Virus record (IMG/VR): IMGVR_UViG_3300005613_000038
DNA length: 64,000 nt
From: an uncultured virus (IMG/VR IMGVR_UViG_3300005613_000038)
Taxonomy: Duplodnaviria > Heunggongvirae > Uroviricota > Caudoviricetes
Strand: one strand, 5' to 3'
Shown in pieces: positions 19,252-28,753 of the stretch (position 1 is its first letter; each line of letters starts with the position of its first letter). Made by a program: the position numbers and the translations under genes. Below the pieces are notes generated by a model. It saw only the letters and a program-made list of their open reading frames with translations, made no database searches and was not told the DNA's origin.

Positions 19252-21157
19252 TTTAGTAAAATCATATATTCTTGATTATTTAAAAAAGAAAGTTCCAAAT
19301 TTTCAGAAAAAAAGTAAGATGTTCACGTGTTTTAAATGTAAAAACTTATCTGCTAATATATTTCCACAAAATTCTCACTCAGTTCATTGTTTCTCGCCAA
19401 CATGCGGAAAATTAGGAGATGTATACGATATATGTAGAGAGTTAGAATTTGATGATAATAAAGATGTTGAAATTAAAGATATAGAAAATCATTTAATTAA
19501 AATGTTTTCTATTAAAACAAATAATTATGTAGATAATTTATTAGAAAAATATGCTAATTGGGGATGGGATTTAGTGCCTGTAAGTAAGAATGGAAAAGCG
19601 TCTAACATAGAATCAGAATGGCAGAAAAAGCATCATAAAGATGTACGAGAATGGCAAGAATGGTTAAAATCTGGTCTAAATATGGGAGTTAAAGGTGGAA
19701 CAATGAGTGATGTTTTAATTGTTGATTTGGACATAGTGCCATCTAAATTAAAAAAGAAAATTTATGAAGGAAAAGCATCAGAACAAGAAATAGAAAAAGC
19801 AAAACAAATAAAAGCTGAGAAATTAGAACTTATTAAAACATGGGATATTTTTGATTTTACCACAGTTCAACAATTCACCTTTGGTGGTGTTCATTTTTTT
19901 CACAAGAACGATGAAGAAATAAAGAAATGTGCGTTTGATTACGAAGGAATACATATTGATATTCAAAGTGATGGTGGACAAGCTGTAATTGAACCAAGTG
20001 TCGTAGGAGGTCAACAGAGAACGATTATAGGGGATGAAATTAAATTAGTTTCATCAAAGTTAAAACAATGGATTAATTTAAATAAAGTTTTAAATAAAGA
20101 AGAAAATAAAGTAGAAATTGTTGAAAATAATGAAGAAGGAATTATTAAAGGATTAGAAGGATGTTGTAATTCTACATTTGCTAAAGTTGGTGGTAAATTA
20201 AGAAAATTTTTACCTCAAAAAGAAACTGAAACAGTATTACATATAATTAATAATGATTTATTAGATGACCCAATGAAGTCAAAGGATATGCGTTCATTAT
20301 GTAATCAGATAAATAAATATATAATATTAGATGAAGATGTTTTATATCAAAATGTATTAGAATTTTTAATTAAACATGAAGAAGCATCAATGAGAGATTT
20401 AAAAGAATGTTTGGGAGTAGAATCTAGAGATTTAAAAGAAGTATTAGCTCGATTAATTAAAGATAATAAAGTGTTTAAACATAAATCATTATATAAAGCA
20501 ATAAATAAAGCAGAATGGAAAACAGAATTTATTCAAGAGTCAAAGGTGTTAGATTATGATATTCCATATTTTAATAATCATGCTGTTTTCCGTCGAGGGG
20601 ATATGATTTGTGTGGGTGCGGAGCCAGGCATTGGGAAGAGCCATATATCGTTAAATATTATTAGAAAATTAGTTGAAAATAATATAAATTCAAAAGGCGG
20701 AATTAGATATTTGTCATCTGAACCAGGAAATAGATTTGCAAAAATAGCTATGGAAATTGGATTAAAAGAAGGAGATTTTTATTTTTGTAATCATTATCAA
20801 CCAGAAAAAATAGAATTAGAAGATGATGCCGTAACAATTGTGGACTGGTTATTACCCGAAGATTTTAGTCAAACTGCCAATCTTTATAAAATATTTGCAA
20901 GACAGTTAGATAAACACGGTGGTGTATGTTTTATTTTTTCACAGTTAAAACCAGATAAACAATTTTATGCAGAGCAAATGGTTAAATTTTTTGCTTCATT
21001 TGCAGTAAAATATTTTTATACAGAAAAAAATGGTGTGAAAGATAATCAAAATACTTATTTTAAAACAGAAAAGATAAGAGAAAGTAAAACAAATCAACAG
21101 TATATAACTATACCCACTTATTTTGGTTCAGATAAACGATTGGAATTAAAGAAATGA
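19238..21157 (+). CDS. primase-helicase (Zn finger + Prim-Pol + P-loop)
   Basis: CFKC..HCF...CG Zn-binding region, IVDLD and GGVHF Prim-Pol motifs, GAEPGIGKS Walker A, IVDW Walker B. Confidence 0.85.
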   Translation: MKKNNLVKSYILDYLKKKVPNFQKKSKMFTCFKCKNLSANIFPQNSHSVHCFSPTCGKLGDVYDICRELEFDDNKDVEIKDIENHLIKMFSIKTNNYVDNLLEKYANWGWDLVPVSKNGKASNIESEWQKKHHKDVREWQEWLKSGLNMGVKGGTMSDVLIVDLDIVPSKLKKKIYEGKASEQEIEKAKQIKAEKLELIKTWDIFDFTTVQQFTFGGVHFFHKNDEEIKKCAFDYEGIHIDIQSDGGQAVIEPSVVGGQQRTIIGDEIKLVSSKLKQWINLNKVLNKEENKVEIVENNEEGIIKGLEGCCNSTFAKVGGKLRKFLPQKETETVLHIINNDLLDDPMKSKDMRSLCNQINKYIILDEDVLYQNVLEFLIKHEEASMRDLKECLGVESRDLKEVLARLIKDNKVFKHKSLYKAINKAEWKTEFIQESKVLDYDIPYFNNHAVFRRGDMICVGAEPGIGKSHISLNIIRKLVENNINSKGGIRYLSSEPGNRFAKIAMEIGLKEGDFYFCNHYQPEKIELEDDAVTIVDWLLPEDFSQTANLYKIFARQLDKHGGVCFIFSQLKPDKQFYAEQMVKFFASFAVKYFYTEKNGVKDNQNTYFKTEKIRESKTNQQYITIPTYFGSDKRLELKK

Positions 21158-21211
21158 AATCAACAATAATATATTATGACGAAGATTATATACCAATAGC
21201 AATACAATTAT

Positions 21212-21883
21212 ATGAGGAAGAAGAAATTGAAGATTAAAATTTCAGATTTAGAAGCTAAATTAAATAAAAAAATAAAAAAAAATATTCAATCAATCGGATT
21301 GGATATTGCTGAACGCACCGGTGTATGTATTATAACAACAGATAAAACTTATATAGATTTAGATTGGCAATTTATTGAATTTGATAAAAGTGATATTAAT
21401 TCGGTTTATGAAAATATGTTTAGTGAATTTTTAAAAATTATAGTAAAAGATAAAAAGAAAAATAATGTTGTTATAATTGAAGATTCTTTTCTTCAGAGAT
21501 TTGGAAAATTTGTCCAAGCAGATGTATTTAAAAAATTAACAAGATTTGGCACAATAGCATTAGTATGTTCTTTTCTTAATAAAATGTCTTATCATTTCAT
21601 TTTGGCAAAATCAGCAAGAGCTAAACTTAAAATTAAAATGATAAAAGGACAACCAAAAGAATCTGTTGCTAAATATTTAAAAAATGAGTTAGATATTGTC
21701 GTCGATGATAATGATATAGCTGATGCGATTGTTCTTGCAATATTAGGAATAATTGAAGAAATGGATTTTAGAAGTCAGGCATCAATTGATAAGTTGAAAA
21801 AGATAGAGAAGAAGAAAGCTGAAAAATTAGCAATTAAAAAATTGAAGAAATTAAGGAAAAGAAATGAAAAGAATAAAAGTTAA
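21212..21883 (+). CDS. RuvC-like Holliday junction resolvase
   Basis: IGLDIA..TG, VIIED, DNDIADA acidic motifs. Confidence 0.8.
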   Translation: MRKKKLKIKISDLEAKLNKKIKKNIQSIGLDIAERTGVCIITTDKTYIDLDWQFIEFDKSDINSVYENMFSEFLKIIVKDKKKNNVVIIEDSFLQRFGKFVQADVFKKLTRFGTIALVCSFLNKMSYHFILAKSARAKLKIKMIKGQPKESVAKYLKNELDIVVDDNDIADAIVLAILGIIEEMDFRSQASIDKLKKIEKKKAEKLAIKKLKKLRKRNEKNKS

Positions 21884-22446
21884 TAAAGAATTGATTCAAC
21901 AACTAAAACCATATTGGCAAGAGTTAGAAAAAATTCAAAATGAATATTTTGGAAAAATATTTAAACTAGAAAAAAAGATGTCTAAAAAAACAGGAATTAA
22001 AGATTTAGAATTTTTTATGTGTGACAATTATTATTGTGGAATTGGAAATGATGATAGAACAATGAGATTAATACATTCTAATGAATTGGAAGAAAAAAGA
22101 AATTAAAAGGGAAAGAATGACTAAAACTATATCGAAGAGAAAACTAATTAATGCTTTAAAAGAAACATTAGAATTAAATAGAGTTCGTATTCAAGAATGT
22201 AATTTAAAAGCTATAAATGAAGATAATACTCCATTTAAAACATCGTCTATTGAATTTGTTGGTAAAATACCATCTATAATTCCAAAACCTTATGGATTTA
22301 AATTAGAAATTATTATTAAATCTCCTTTTAAATGGAAAAAAATAAAATGAAATGTAAAACATGTAAAAGAGTGTTACCAAATAAATCATTTAAAACAAAA
22401 AATGGATGTGTTTGGTGTGATGTAAAACATTGGCGGAGAAAATAAT

Positions 22447-22800
22447 ATGAAAAAAGATTGGGTAAAATTAGAAGAACTTATTCTTCAAAATATAAAAGAA
22501 GTTGATAAACATTCAAAGAGAACACCAGGGAGCGGTAACAAAGGGATAAAAGGAGATTTAGTAACAGATTGCGGATTAAAAATTGAATGTAAAGATAATC
22601 AAAGTTTAAAAAATGCTTATAAAGAATCTGATATGATTAAGATAATTGAAGAAGTGCCTTTACACTCACAAGATGTTCCAATTTTAATTACTCGTAATCA
22701 AGATAAAAAAATAAGAGTTCATATTCAATGGGAAGATTTTTGGGAAATATTTAAAGATGCTTATTATTGGAGAAATCCTGGTATAAATAAAGGAACTTAA
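22447..22800 (+). CDS. PD-(D/E)XK nuclease, Hjc-like resolvase
   Basis: RTPGSG..KGDL..KIECK. Confidence 0.75.
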   Translation: MKKDWVKLEELILQNIKEVDKHSKRTPGSGNKGIKGDLVTDCGLKIECKDNQSLKNAYKESDMIKIIEEVPLHSQDVPILITRNQDKKIRVHIQWEDFWEIFKDAYYWRNPGINKGT

Positions 22801-23018
22801 AAGGAGTTTAGAAAATGGGCGAACGATATAAAACATTTTATGAATTAATAAAAAATACAGCATCATATAAATTTATGTTAAAATATTATTTAACAACGGG
22901 ATTTTTTAATAAATATAAAAATATTAAAGCATATCAAGATATTTGTCAAATTTATCTTGATGAGTATCAAGAAGATAGAAATTTATTTATCGAAAATAGA
23001 TTTTTAAGGAGACAATAA

Positions 23019-23513
23019 ATGTTTTTTAGAATCAAAGATATCTATTTAAATATTAAATGGTTTTTTCAAAGAGGTAAACGAGGATATTCAGATTGTGATG
23101 TTTGGGATTTTGATAATTATTTATCTAATGTTATAATAAAAGGATTAAAAGATTTGCATAAACAAATACATGGTGTGCCAGGTGATTTAGCTGATAAATT
23201 TAAAGATCAAAATGATTCAGACAGCACAGATATTGCTATGATAGAATGGAAAAAAATTATAAAAGAAATTATTTGGACTTTTGAAACAAGTATTAAAATT
23301 CAAAATCATGATTGGTTGATTATTGATAAAGAAAAAGATAGAAAACAAATAGAAAAAAATGTTAAAATATTAAATACATCAGCAAAAGAAGAAGATAAAC
23401 TTTTTAAAGATTTACCCGATTTAAAATATTATCTTATGACTAAAGAAGACATGAAGCGATACAAACAAGGCTGGAAATATTTTCAACAATATTATTTTAA
23501 TTTATGGAATTAG
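23019..23513 (+). CDS. conserved phage hypothetical protein
   Basis: WFFQRGKRGYSDCDVW..YYFNLWN pattern common in phages. Confidence 0.55.
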   Translation: MFFRIKDIYLNIKWFFQRGKRGYSDCDVWDFDNYLSNVIIKGLKDLHKQIHGVPGDLADKFKDQNDSDSTDIAMIEWKKIIKEIIWTFETSIKIQNHDWLIIDKEKDRKQIEKNVKILNTSAKEEDKLFKDLPDLKYYLMTKEDMKRYKQGWKYFQQYYFNLWN

Positions 23514-23682
23514 GAAAAATTATGAAACCAAAATATAAATTAGTTGATAAAATTAAATATAATGGAAAAATTGGTATTATTCAATCAAGACAGTATATGG
23601 ATTATTTGGATATGTATATATATTTAATTAAATTTGATGAATTTGAGATTGTTTTAAGAGAAAACGAATTGGAGAAAGTCTA

Positions 23683-24849
23683 ATGGAAAATGAAAGAAAG
23701 AAAAAACTTATAGAGACAATGAAGTCTTTTAACAAAGGTCAAAAAGATGAAATATTGTCCTTTGGAAATGAAGCTGAAGCTAAAGAATTAATTCCCACTG
23801 GCATTAAAACAATTGATAAATTTATCGGTGGTGGAACGAAGCGTGGAACATTTACTGTTGTTTACGGTGGACAAAGTGTAGGAAAATCTACATTAGTTCT
23901 TCAAACAATAGCAAATGCTCAAAAAAATGATTTAATTTGTTGCTATGTTGACTTAGAACATACTTTTGATAAAGAACGTGCTGTATCTTTAGGAATTAAT
24001 TTAGATGAATTAATTTTGGCCGAAAAATGTGCAAATGCTGAACAGGCTTTAGAAATTATTAGAACATTATGTAAACAAAAAGTTGTTGATTTAATTGTTG
24101 TAGATAGTGTTCAAGCTATGTCACCAAAAAATGAACAAGAAAATAAAGGTAAAGAAAGAGAATTAGCTTCTAAAGAAATTGCAGAATTAGCCAGAACATT
24201 GTCAAAGTTTTTTAGAGTAGTGTCACCAGATGTATTTAATGCACAAGCAAGTGTTATTATGATTGGTCAAGTTCGTATTGCAGGTATAGGTTCATTTTAT
24301 ACTCATGCAGATATGACGGGTGGCGAAGCCTTGAAGCATTGGGCATCAACAAGATGTTTTGTTAGAAAAGGGCAAACAAAAGATGCACCAGTTTCAAAAT
24401 TCAAAGAATATTTTGTTGACCCAGACGGTAAAGTTCGATATTCAACAAAAGATATTCAGATTGGATTTGATTCTGTTATCAAATTGGAGAAAACTAAATC
24501 TTCTAAATCAGCTAAAGAAGGACAAGATATTCATGTTCCTTTTCTTTATGATAAAGGATTTGTTGATGAAGTAATTATAGATGAAAATATTCCAATTAAA
24601 ATTGATGCAGAGAATGATGAAGAACAAAAGATAATGGAAGATTATTTGATAGAAAAAGGATTAATGGATAAAAATGGAAACACGGGTGCAATTATACCTC
24701 CTCAAGGTGGAACTGGAGAAACTAAATCGAGAACAATAAGAGCAGGTGGAGAAGGTTTATCAAATGGTAAAACTTTTGAAGATGTTAAAAATGCTGTTGA
24801 TAAGGTAAAGAAAAAAGGTAGAGGAAGACCAAGAAAAGGGAGTAAATAA
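23683..24849 (+). CDS. recA: RecA/UvsX recombinase with a C-terminal AT-hook-like tail
   Basis: IPTG..D, YGGQSVGKST, YVDLEH, VVDSV, IGQVR, TGGEALKH; tail KKKGRGRPRK. Confidence 0.92.
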   Translation: MENERKKKLIETMKSFNKGQKDEILSFGNEAEAKELIPTGIKTIDKFIGGGTKRGTFTVVYGGQSVGKSTLVLQTIANAQKNDLICCYVDLEHTFDKERAVSLGINLDELILAEKCANAEQALEIIRTLCKQKVVDLIVVDSVQAMSPKNEQENKGKERELASKEIAELARTLSKFFRVVSPDVFNAQASVIMIGQVRIAGIGSFYTHADMTGGEALKHWASTRCFVRKGQTKDAPVSKFKEYFVDPDGKVRYSTKDIQIGFDSVIKLEKTKSSKSAKEGQDIHVPFLYDKGFVDEVIIDENIPIKIDAENDEEQKIMEDYLIEKGLMDKNGNTGAIIPPQGGTGETKSRTIRAGGEGLSNGKTFEDVKNAVDKVKKKGRGRPRKGSK

Positions 24850-25257
24850 TGGGTGAGAAAACTATTTATGAATTAGAATTACATGAATATTTACAGTTAG
24901 AAGATATTCAAATTATGAGAGTTGCAGGTGGTTGGATTTATAGATATTGGGATTATGAAAAGAAGGATTATTATGCAGGTTCTACTTTTGTTCCTTATCA
25001 TAATGAGTTCGATACTAGAAAACCAGAAGCGACACCTGTACCTTTTGGAGATTAAAATGGAATATATATTAGTTAAAGATAATGATTGTCATTGGTATGT
25101 TATTCCAAATGATAGACGAAAACATTGGAGTGCATGGTTAGAATTAGATTCTGAGAATGAAAGAGCTTGGGATGTACCAGAATTTGCTGAAGAAGTAGGT
25201 GGAAGTCAAACTTTAGTTAAATTTAAAGAATATAGAATTGAATAAAGGAGAAAAACA

Positions 25258-25423
25258 ATGACAGTTAAAGAATTAAAAACTATGTTAGATGAATGTAAAG
25301 ATGAACAAGAAGTAATTTTAAAAAAGTGCAAGTGGAATTGAATGGAAAATATTAGCAGAAGATTTACTTTTATCTCCTATTAAGTATAAGAAAAAAGCTA
25401 AAATGTATTTAACAGTGAAATAA
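25258..25423 (+). pseudogene. small gene frameshifted at an A6 tract (25320-25325)
   Basis: AAGGAG RBS, MTVKELKTMLDEC..EVILK, then +1 frame SASGIEWK..MYLTVK*. Confidence 0.5.
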
Positions 25424-25619
25424 TATTCAATAAAAAGGAGAAATAAAATGGGATATTTATTATTTATTTTATTAGTTGTGGTGGTTAGCTTTATAGCTGG
25501 TATGTTTGTTCAGAAACGACAGAATATTCTATCATGAAAATTTGTATTAAATGTGACAAAGTAATTGAAGATGATTGTTGGGAATGTCCATATTGTGATT
25601 CAAAAATAATCAATGATAC

Positions 25620-25649
25620 TTGACAAAATATAAAACTATGTGTTATACT
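25620..25649 (+). promoter_or_regulatory. sigma70-type promoter with extended -10
   Basis: TTGACAaaatataaaactatgtgtTATACT, 18-nt spacer. Confidence 0.85.
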
Positions 25650-25657
25650 TTAATATA

Positions 25658-26161
25658 ATGAAATATCCAAAATTACACAATTTTAACGAAATGTATACAC
25701 CACCAGAAGCATTAGATTATATAATGCCTTTTTTAAACAAAAATCTTGTTTATTGGGAAGCTTGTTATGGAGAAGGTCATTTAGCAAAGGTATTAAGAAA
25801 AAATCAATTTAATGTAATTGGAAATAAATCAATAGATTGTTTAATTGATCAACCTAATGAATATTGGGATATTTGGATTACTAATCCACCGTTTAATGGG
25901 AATAAAAAATTTATAAAAAGAGCTATTGAATTAAAAAAGCCGTTTATTTTTCTTTTAAGATTAGAACATTTAGGTGGTGTTGAAGCGTTAAGATTATTAA
26001 AAAATTTAGATTTTAAAATAATTATACCAGAAAAAAGAATTAATTATATCACACCAAAAATGATACAAGGTAAAAAAGTTGGAGGTTCTCCTTTTCATTC
26101 TATATGGTTAACTTATTTAATTGATTTACCAAAACAAATTAATTATATTAAAAAAGGATAA
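25658..26161 (+). CDS. small amino (N6-adenine-type) DNA methyltransferase
   Basis: YTP, WEACYGEG (SAM binding), ITNPPF catalytic motif. Confidence 0.8.
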   Translation: MKYPKLHNFNEMYTPPEALDYIMPFLNKNLVYWEACYGEGHLAKVLRKNQFNVIGNKSIDCLIDQPNEYWDIWITNPPFNGNKKFIKRAIELKKPFIFLLRLEHLGGVEALRLLKNLDFKIIIPEKRINYITPKMIQGKKVGGSPFHSIWLTYLIDLPKQINYIKKG

Positions 26162-26164
26162 ATA

Positions 26165-26719
26165 ATGACTTGTATAATTGGGTATATTGATAAAAATAAA
26201 AAATTGTGGATGGGTGCTGATAGTGTGGGTGCCACAGATAGTATGAAAACAAGAAGAAAAGACACCAAACTTTTTAGAAATAAAGATTTTTTAATAGGTT
26301 ATACTTCTTCATTTCGTATGGGTCAACTTCTACGATTTAAATGGAATCCTCCTAAACAGCATAATAAATCTGATTATAAATATATGTGTACTGATGTTAT
26401 TGATTCAATACGAATTTGTTTAAAAGAAAATGGTTATGCTAAAATTCAGAATAATGAAGAAGAAATTGGTACATTTTTAATTGGATATAAAAATAAATTA
26501 TATAAAATTGAAGAAGATTTACAAGTTGAAGAATGTATTGATAATTTTAATGCTTGTGGTTCTGGTGTTTATTTTGCAATAGGAGCTTTAAATATTTTAT
26601 CAAAATTAAATTTATCTGCATTAGAAATTTGTAAAAAAACATTAGAAACAGCATCAAAATTTAATCCTTTTGTCGGTAAACCGTTTGTTATTAAAAAATA
26701 TTCTAAAGAAAGAAAATAA
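26165..26719 (+). CDS. Ntn-hydrolase (HslV/proteasome-beta-like) peptidase
   Basis: N-terminal MTC (Thr nucleophile), GADS, K, ACGSG motifs. Confidence 0.75.
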   Translation: MTCIIGYIDKNKKLWMGADSVGATDSMKTRRKDTKLFRNKDFLIGYTSSFRMGQLLRFKWNPPKQHNKSDYKYMCTDVIDSIRICLKENGYAKIQNNEEEIGTFLIGYKNKLYKIEEDLQVEECIDNFNACGSGVYFAIGALNILSKLNLSALEICKKTLETASKFNPFVGKPFVIKKYSKERK

Positions 26720-26720
26720 C

Positions 26721-27221
26721 ATGTTATCAAAACAAGTTAAAAAATTATATGAAGATGGAAAAATTAACGAATTATATAAATATGCTCAACCATATTTTAA
26801 TAAAATAGATGAGTTAGCTGATAAATTTTTAGGTGATTTACTATCAGAATATGATTTAAAATATGCACAGCAAGTGCTTAATGGGTGTTCGACTAAATTA
26901 AATGTTATTGCTGGCTGTTTGGAAGCACTATTAGTTGAATACGAAAACAATTATATTATTAAAGAAGAATCTAAAATTGAGAAATTAAGAATTCAAGATC
27001 AAAATAGTTGTAAAGCAATGGCAAGAAGCAAGGTATCAGATTTAAGAAGATATGCTTCTGATTTTACAAGATATGTTTATTCAGCACAAAATGCCGTTAT
27101 AACAGTTCAAAGTTTATTGAAGAGACAAACAATTGAAAAAGGAAATAAGGGAGTAGATTTTACAGGAGATACCAGTCAGGTTGAAGAACAAGAACAAACA
27201 AAAAATGAATCAGGATGGTAA
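26721..27221 (+). CDS. helical hypothetical protein, possibly a UvsY-like mediator
   Basis: all-helical pattern near RecA and ligase; the function is inference. Confidence 0.3.
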   Translation: MLSKQVKKLYEDGKINELYKYAQPYFNKIDELADKFLGDLLSEYDLKYAQQVLNGCSTKLNVIAGCLEALLVEYENNYIIKEESKIEKLRIQDQNSCKAMARSKVSDLRRYASDFTRYVYSAQNAVITVQSLLKRQTIEKGNKGVDFTGDTSQVEEQEQTKNESGW

Positions 27222-27278
27222 AAATGAAAGTTTGTCATAAATGCAATAAAAAGAAATCAAATATTTAAGGAAACATAA

Positions 27279-28226
27279 ATGAAAAGTTATAAACCACTTT
27301 TGGCGCCAAATCAAGAAATAAATCTTAGTGAAATTAGTTATCCTATTCTAGCTTCTACTAAATTGGATGGGATAAGAGTTATATTTTATAAAGGACAAAT
27401 TCTTACTCGTTCACTTAAAAAACTACCTAATAAACAACTTAACGTAAAATTCGAACCACTTAGACAATACTCAGAAGATTATAATCTCATCATAGATGGA
27501 GAAATTTATTCACATGAATTAACTTTTCAAGAAATTATAAGTTATGTGATGACTCAGGATTTTGAAGATAAAAAATCAATTAAAAAATATGGAGAAGTTA
27601 AACAAATACCAGAGCATTTAAAATTTTATTGTTTTGATGTTATTAGAAATGATGAATTTGATAAAGATTTTTCATTAAGATATGCTGATGATGTTTTAAG
27701 AATTGGAAATGAATTTCCTAGATTAGCAATTAGTGTTTTTCATAAACAAGTTAAAAATGAACAAGAAGTTAATGAGTATTTTGAAAGCGTGTTAGAAGAA
27801 GGATATGAAGGATTAATTCTTAGGTCATTTAGTGGTCGATACAAGTGTGGTAGAGGAACTGTTAAAGAAGGAATTATCTACAAGGTGAAAAAATTTGTTG
27901 ATTTTGATGGTAAAATTATAGACGTTATACAGTCCACCGAAGTAAATGAAGATGCAGAAAAAAAGACAAACGAGCTTGGCAGAAGTGTCACTTCACATAA
28001 AAAAGATGACCGTCACTTAATTGAAAAAGCTTCAACATTTCTTGTTAATTATGAAGATAAAGAATTAAAAGTTACATTGGCTATGACAGATGAAGAAAAA
28101 GAAGAAGTTTGGAATAATAAAGAATCATACATAGGAAAATGGATAACGTATAAAGGAATGTTAGTTGGAGCAAAAGAGGTACCAAGACATCCTGTAATGA
28201 TTCGATTTAGAGAAAGTAAAGATTAA
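27279..28226 (+). CDS. ATP-dependent DNA ligase
   Basis: KLDGIR, IDGEI, FDV, EGLILR, YKVK, PRHP motifs. Confidence 0.93.
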   Translation: MKSYKPLLAPNQEINLSEISYPILASTKLDGIRVIFYKGQILTRSLKKLPNKQLNVKFEPLRQYSEDYNLIIDGEIYSHELTFQEIISYVMTQDFEDKKSIKKYGEVKQIPEHLKFYCFDVIRNDEFDKDFSLRYADDVLRIGNEFPRLAISVFHKQVKNEQEVNEYFESVLEEGYEGLILRSFSGRYKCGRGTVKEGIIYKVKKFVDFDGKIIDVIQSTEVNEDAEKKTNELGRSVTSHKKDDRHLIEKASTFLVNYEDKELKVTLAMTDEEKEEVWNNKESYIGKWITYKGMLVGAKEVPRHPVMIRFRESKD

Positions 28227-28753
28227 TGTCACTAAAAGATAAAGTAAAACGAATCGAATATCATAGAGAATATTATAAATATAATCTTGATAAATGGGAA
28301 AAACAAAAAATAGATAAAAAGAAATTTCCTTGGAAATATGTTTTAAAAGGCATAAAAACTCGTTGTAATAATTCAAAGTGTAAACGATATAAAGATTACG
28401 GTGGTAGAGGCATTAAATGTCTTATAACTCAAGAAGAAGTTAAGAAACTTTGGTTTAGAGATAAAGCTTATCTCTTAAAAAGACCTAGTATAGATAGAGA
28501 AGATAATGACGGTCATTATAAGTATTCTAATTGTAGATTTATTGAATTAAAAGAGAATTTAATTAAAGGAAATAAAGAAACTCATATTAAAACAATATTA
28601 CAATTTGATTTACACGAGAATTTCTTAAAAGAATGGAGAAGTATCGGTGATGCATCAAAATTTTATAATTGTCATATTTCTGCAATTTCAAATGCTTTAC
28701 GTTTAAAAACAAAAACATCCTGTGGATTTATTTGGAGATATCAAAATGCTTAA
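28226..28753 (+). CDS. HNH-type homing endonuclease with NUMOD1-like HTH
   Basis: TRCNN..DYGGRGI..SIDREDNDGHY..NCRFIE; ILQFDL..EWRS..GFIWRY. Confidence 0.85.
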   Translation: MSLKDKVKRIEYHREYYKYNLDKWEKQKIDKKKFPWKYVLKGIKTRCNNSKCKRYKDYGGRGIKCLITQEEVKKLWFRDKAYLLKRPSIDREDNDGHYKYSNCRFIELKENLIKGNKETHIKTILQFDLHENFLKEWRSIGDASKFYNCHISAISNALRLKTKTSCGFIWRYQNA

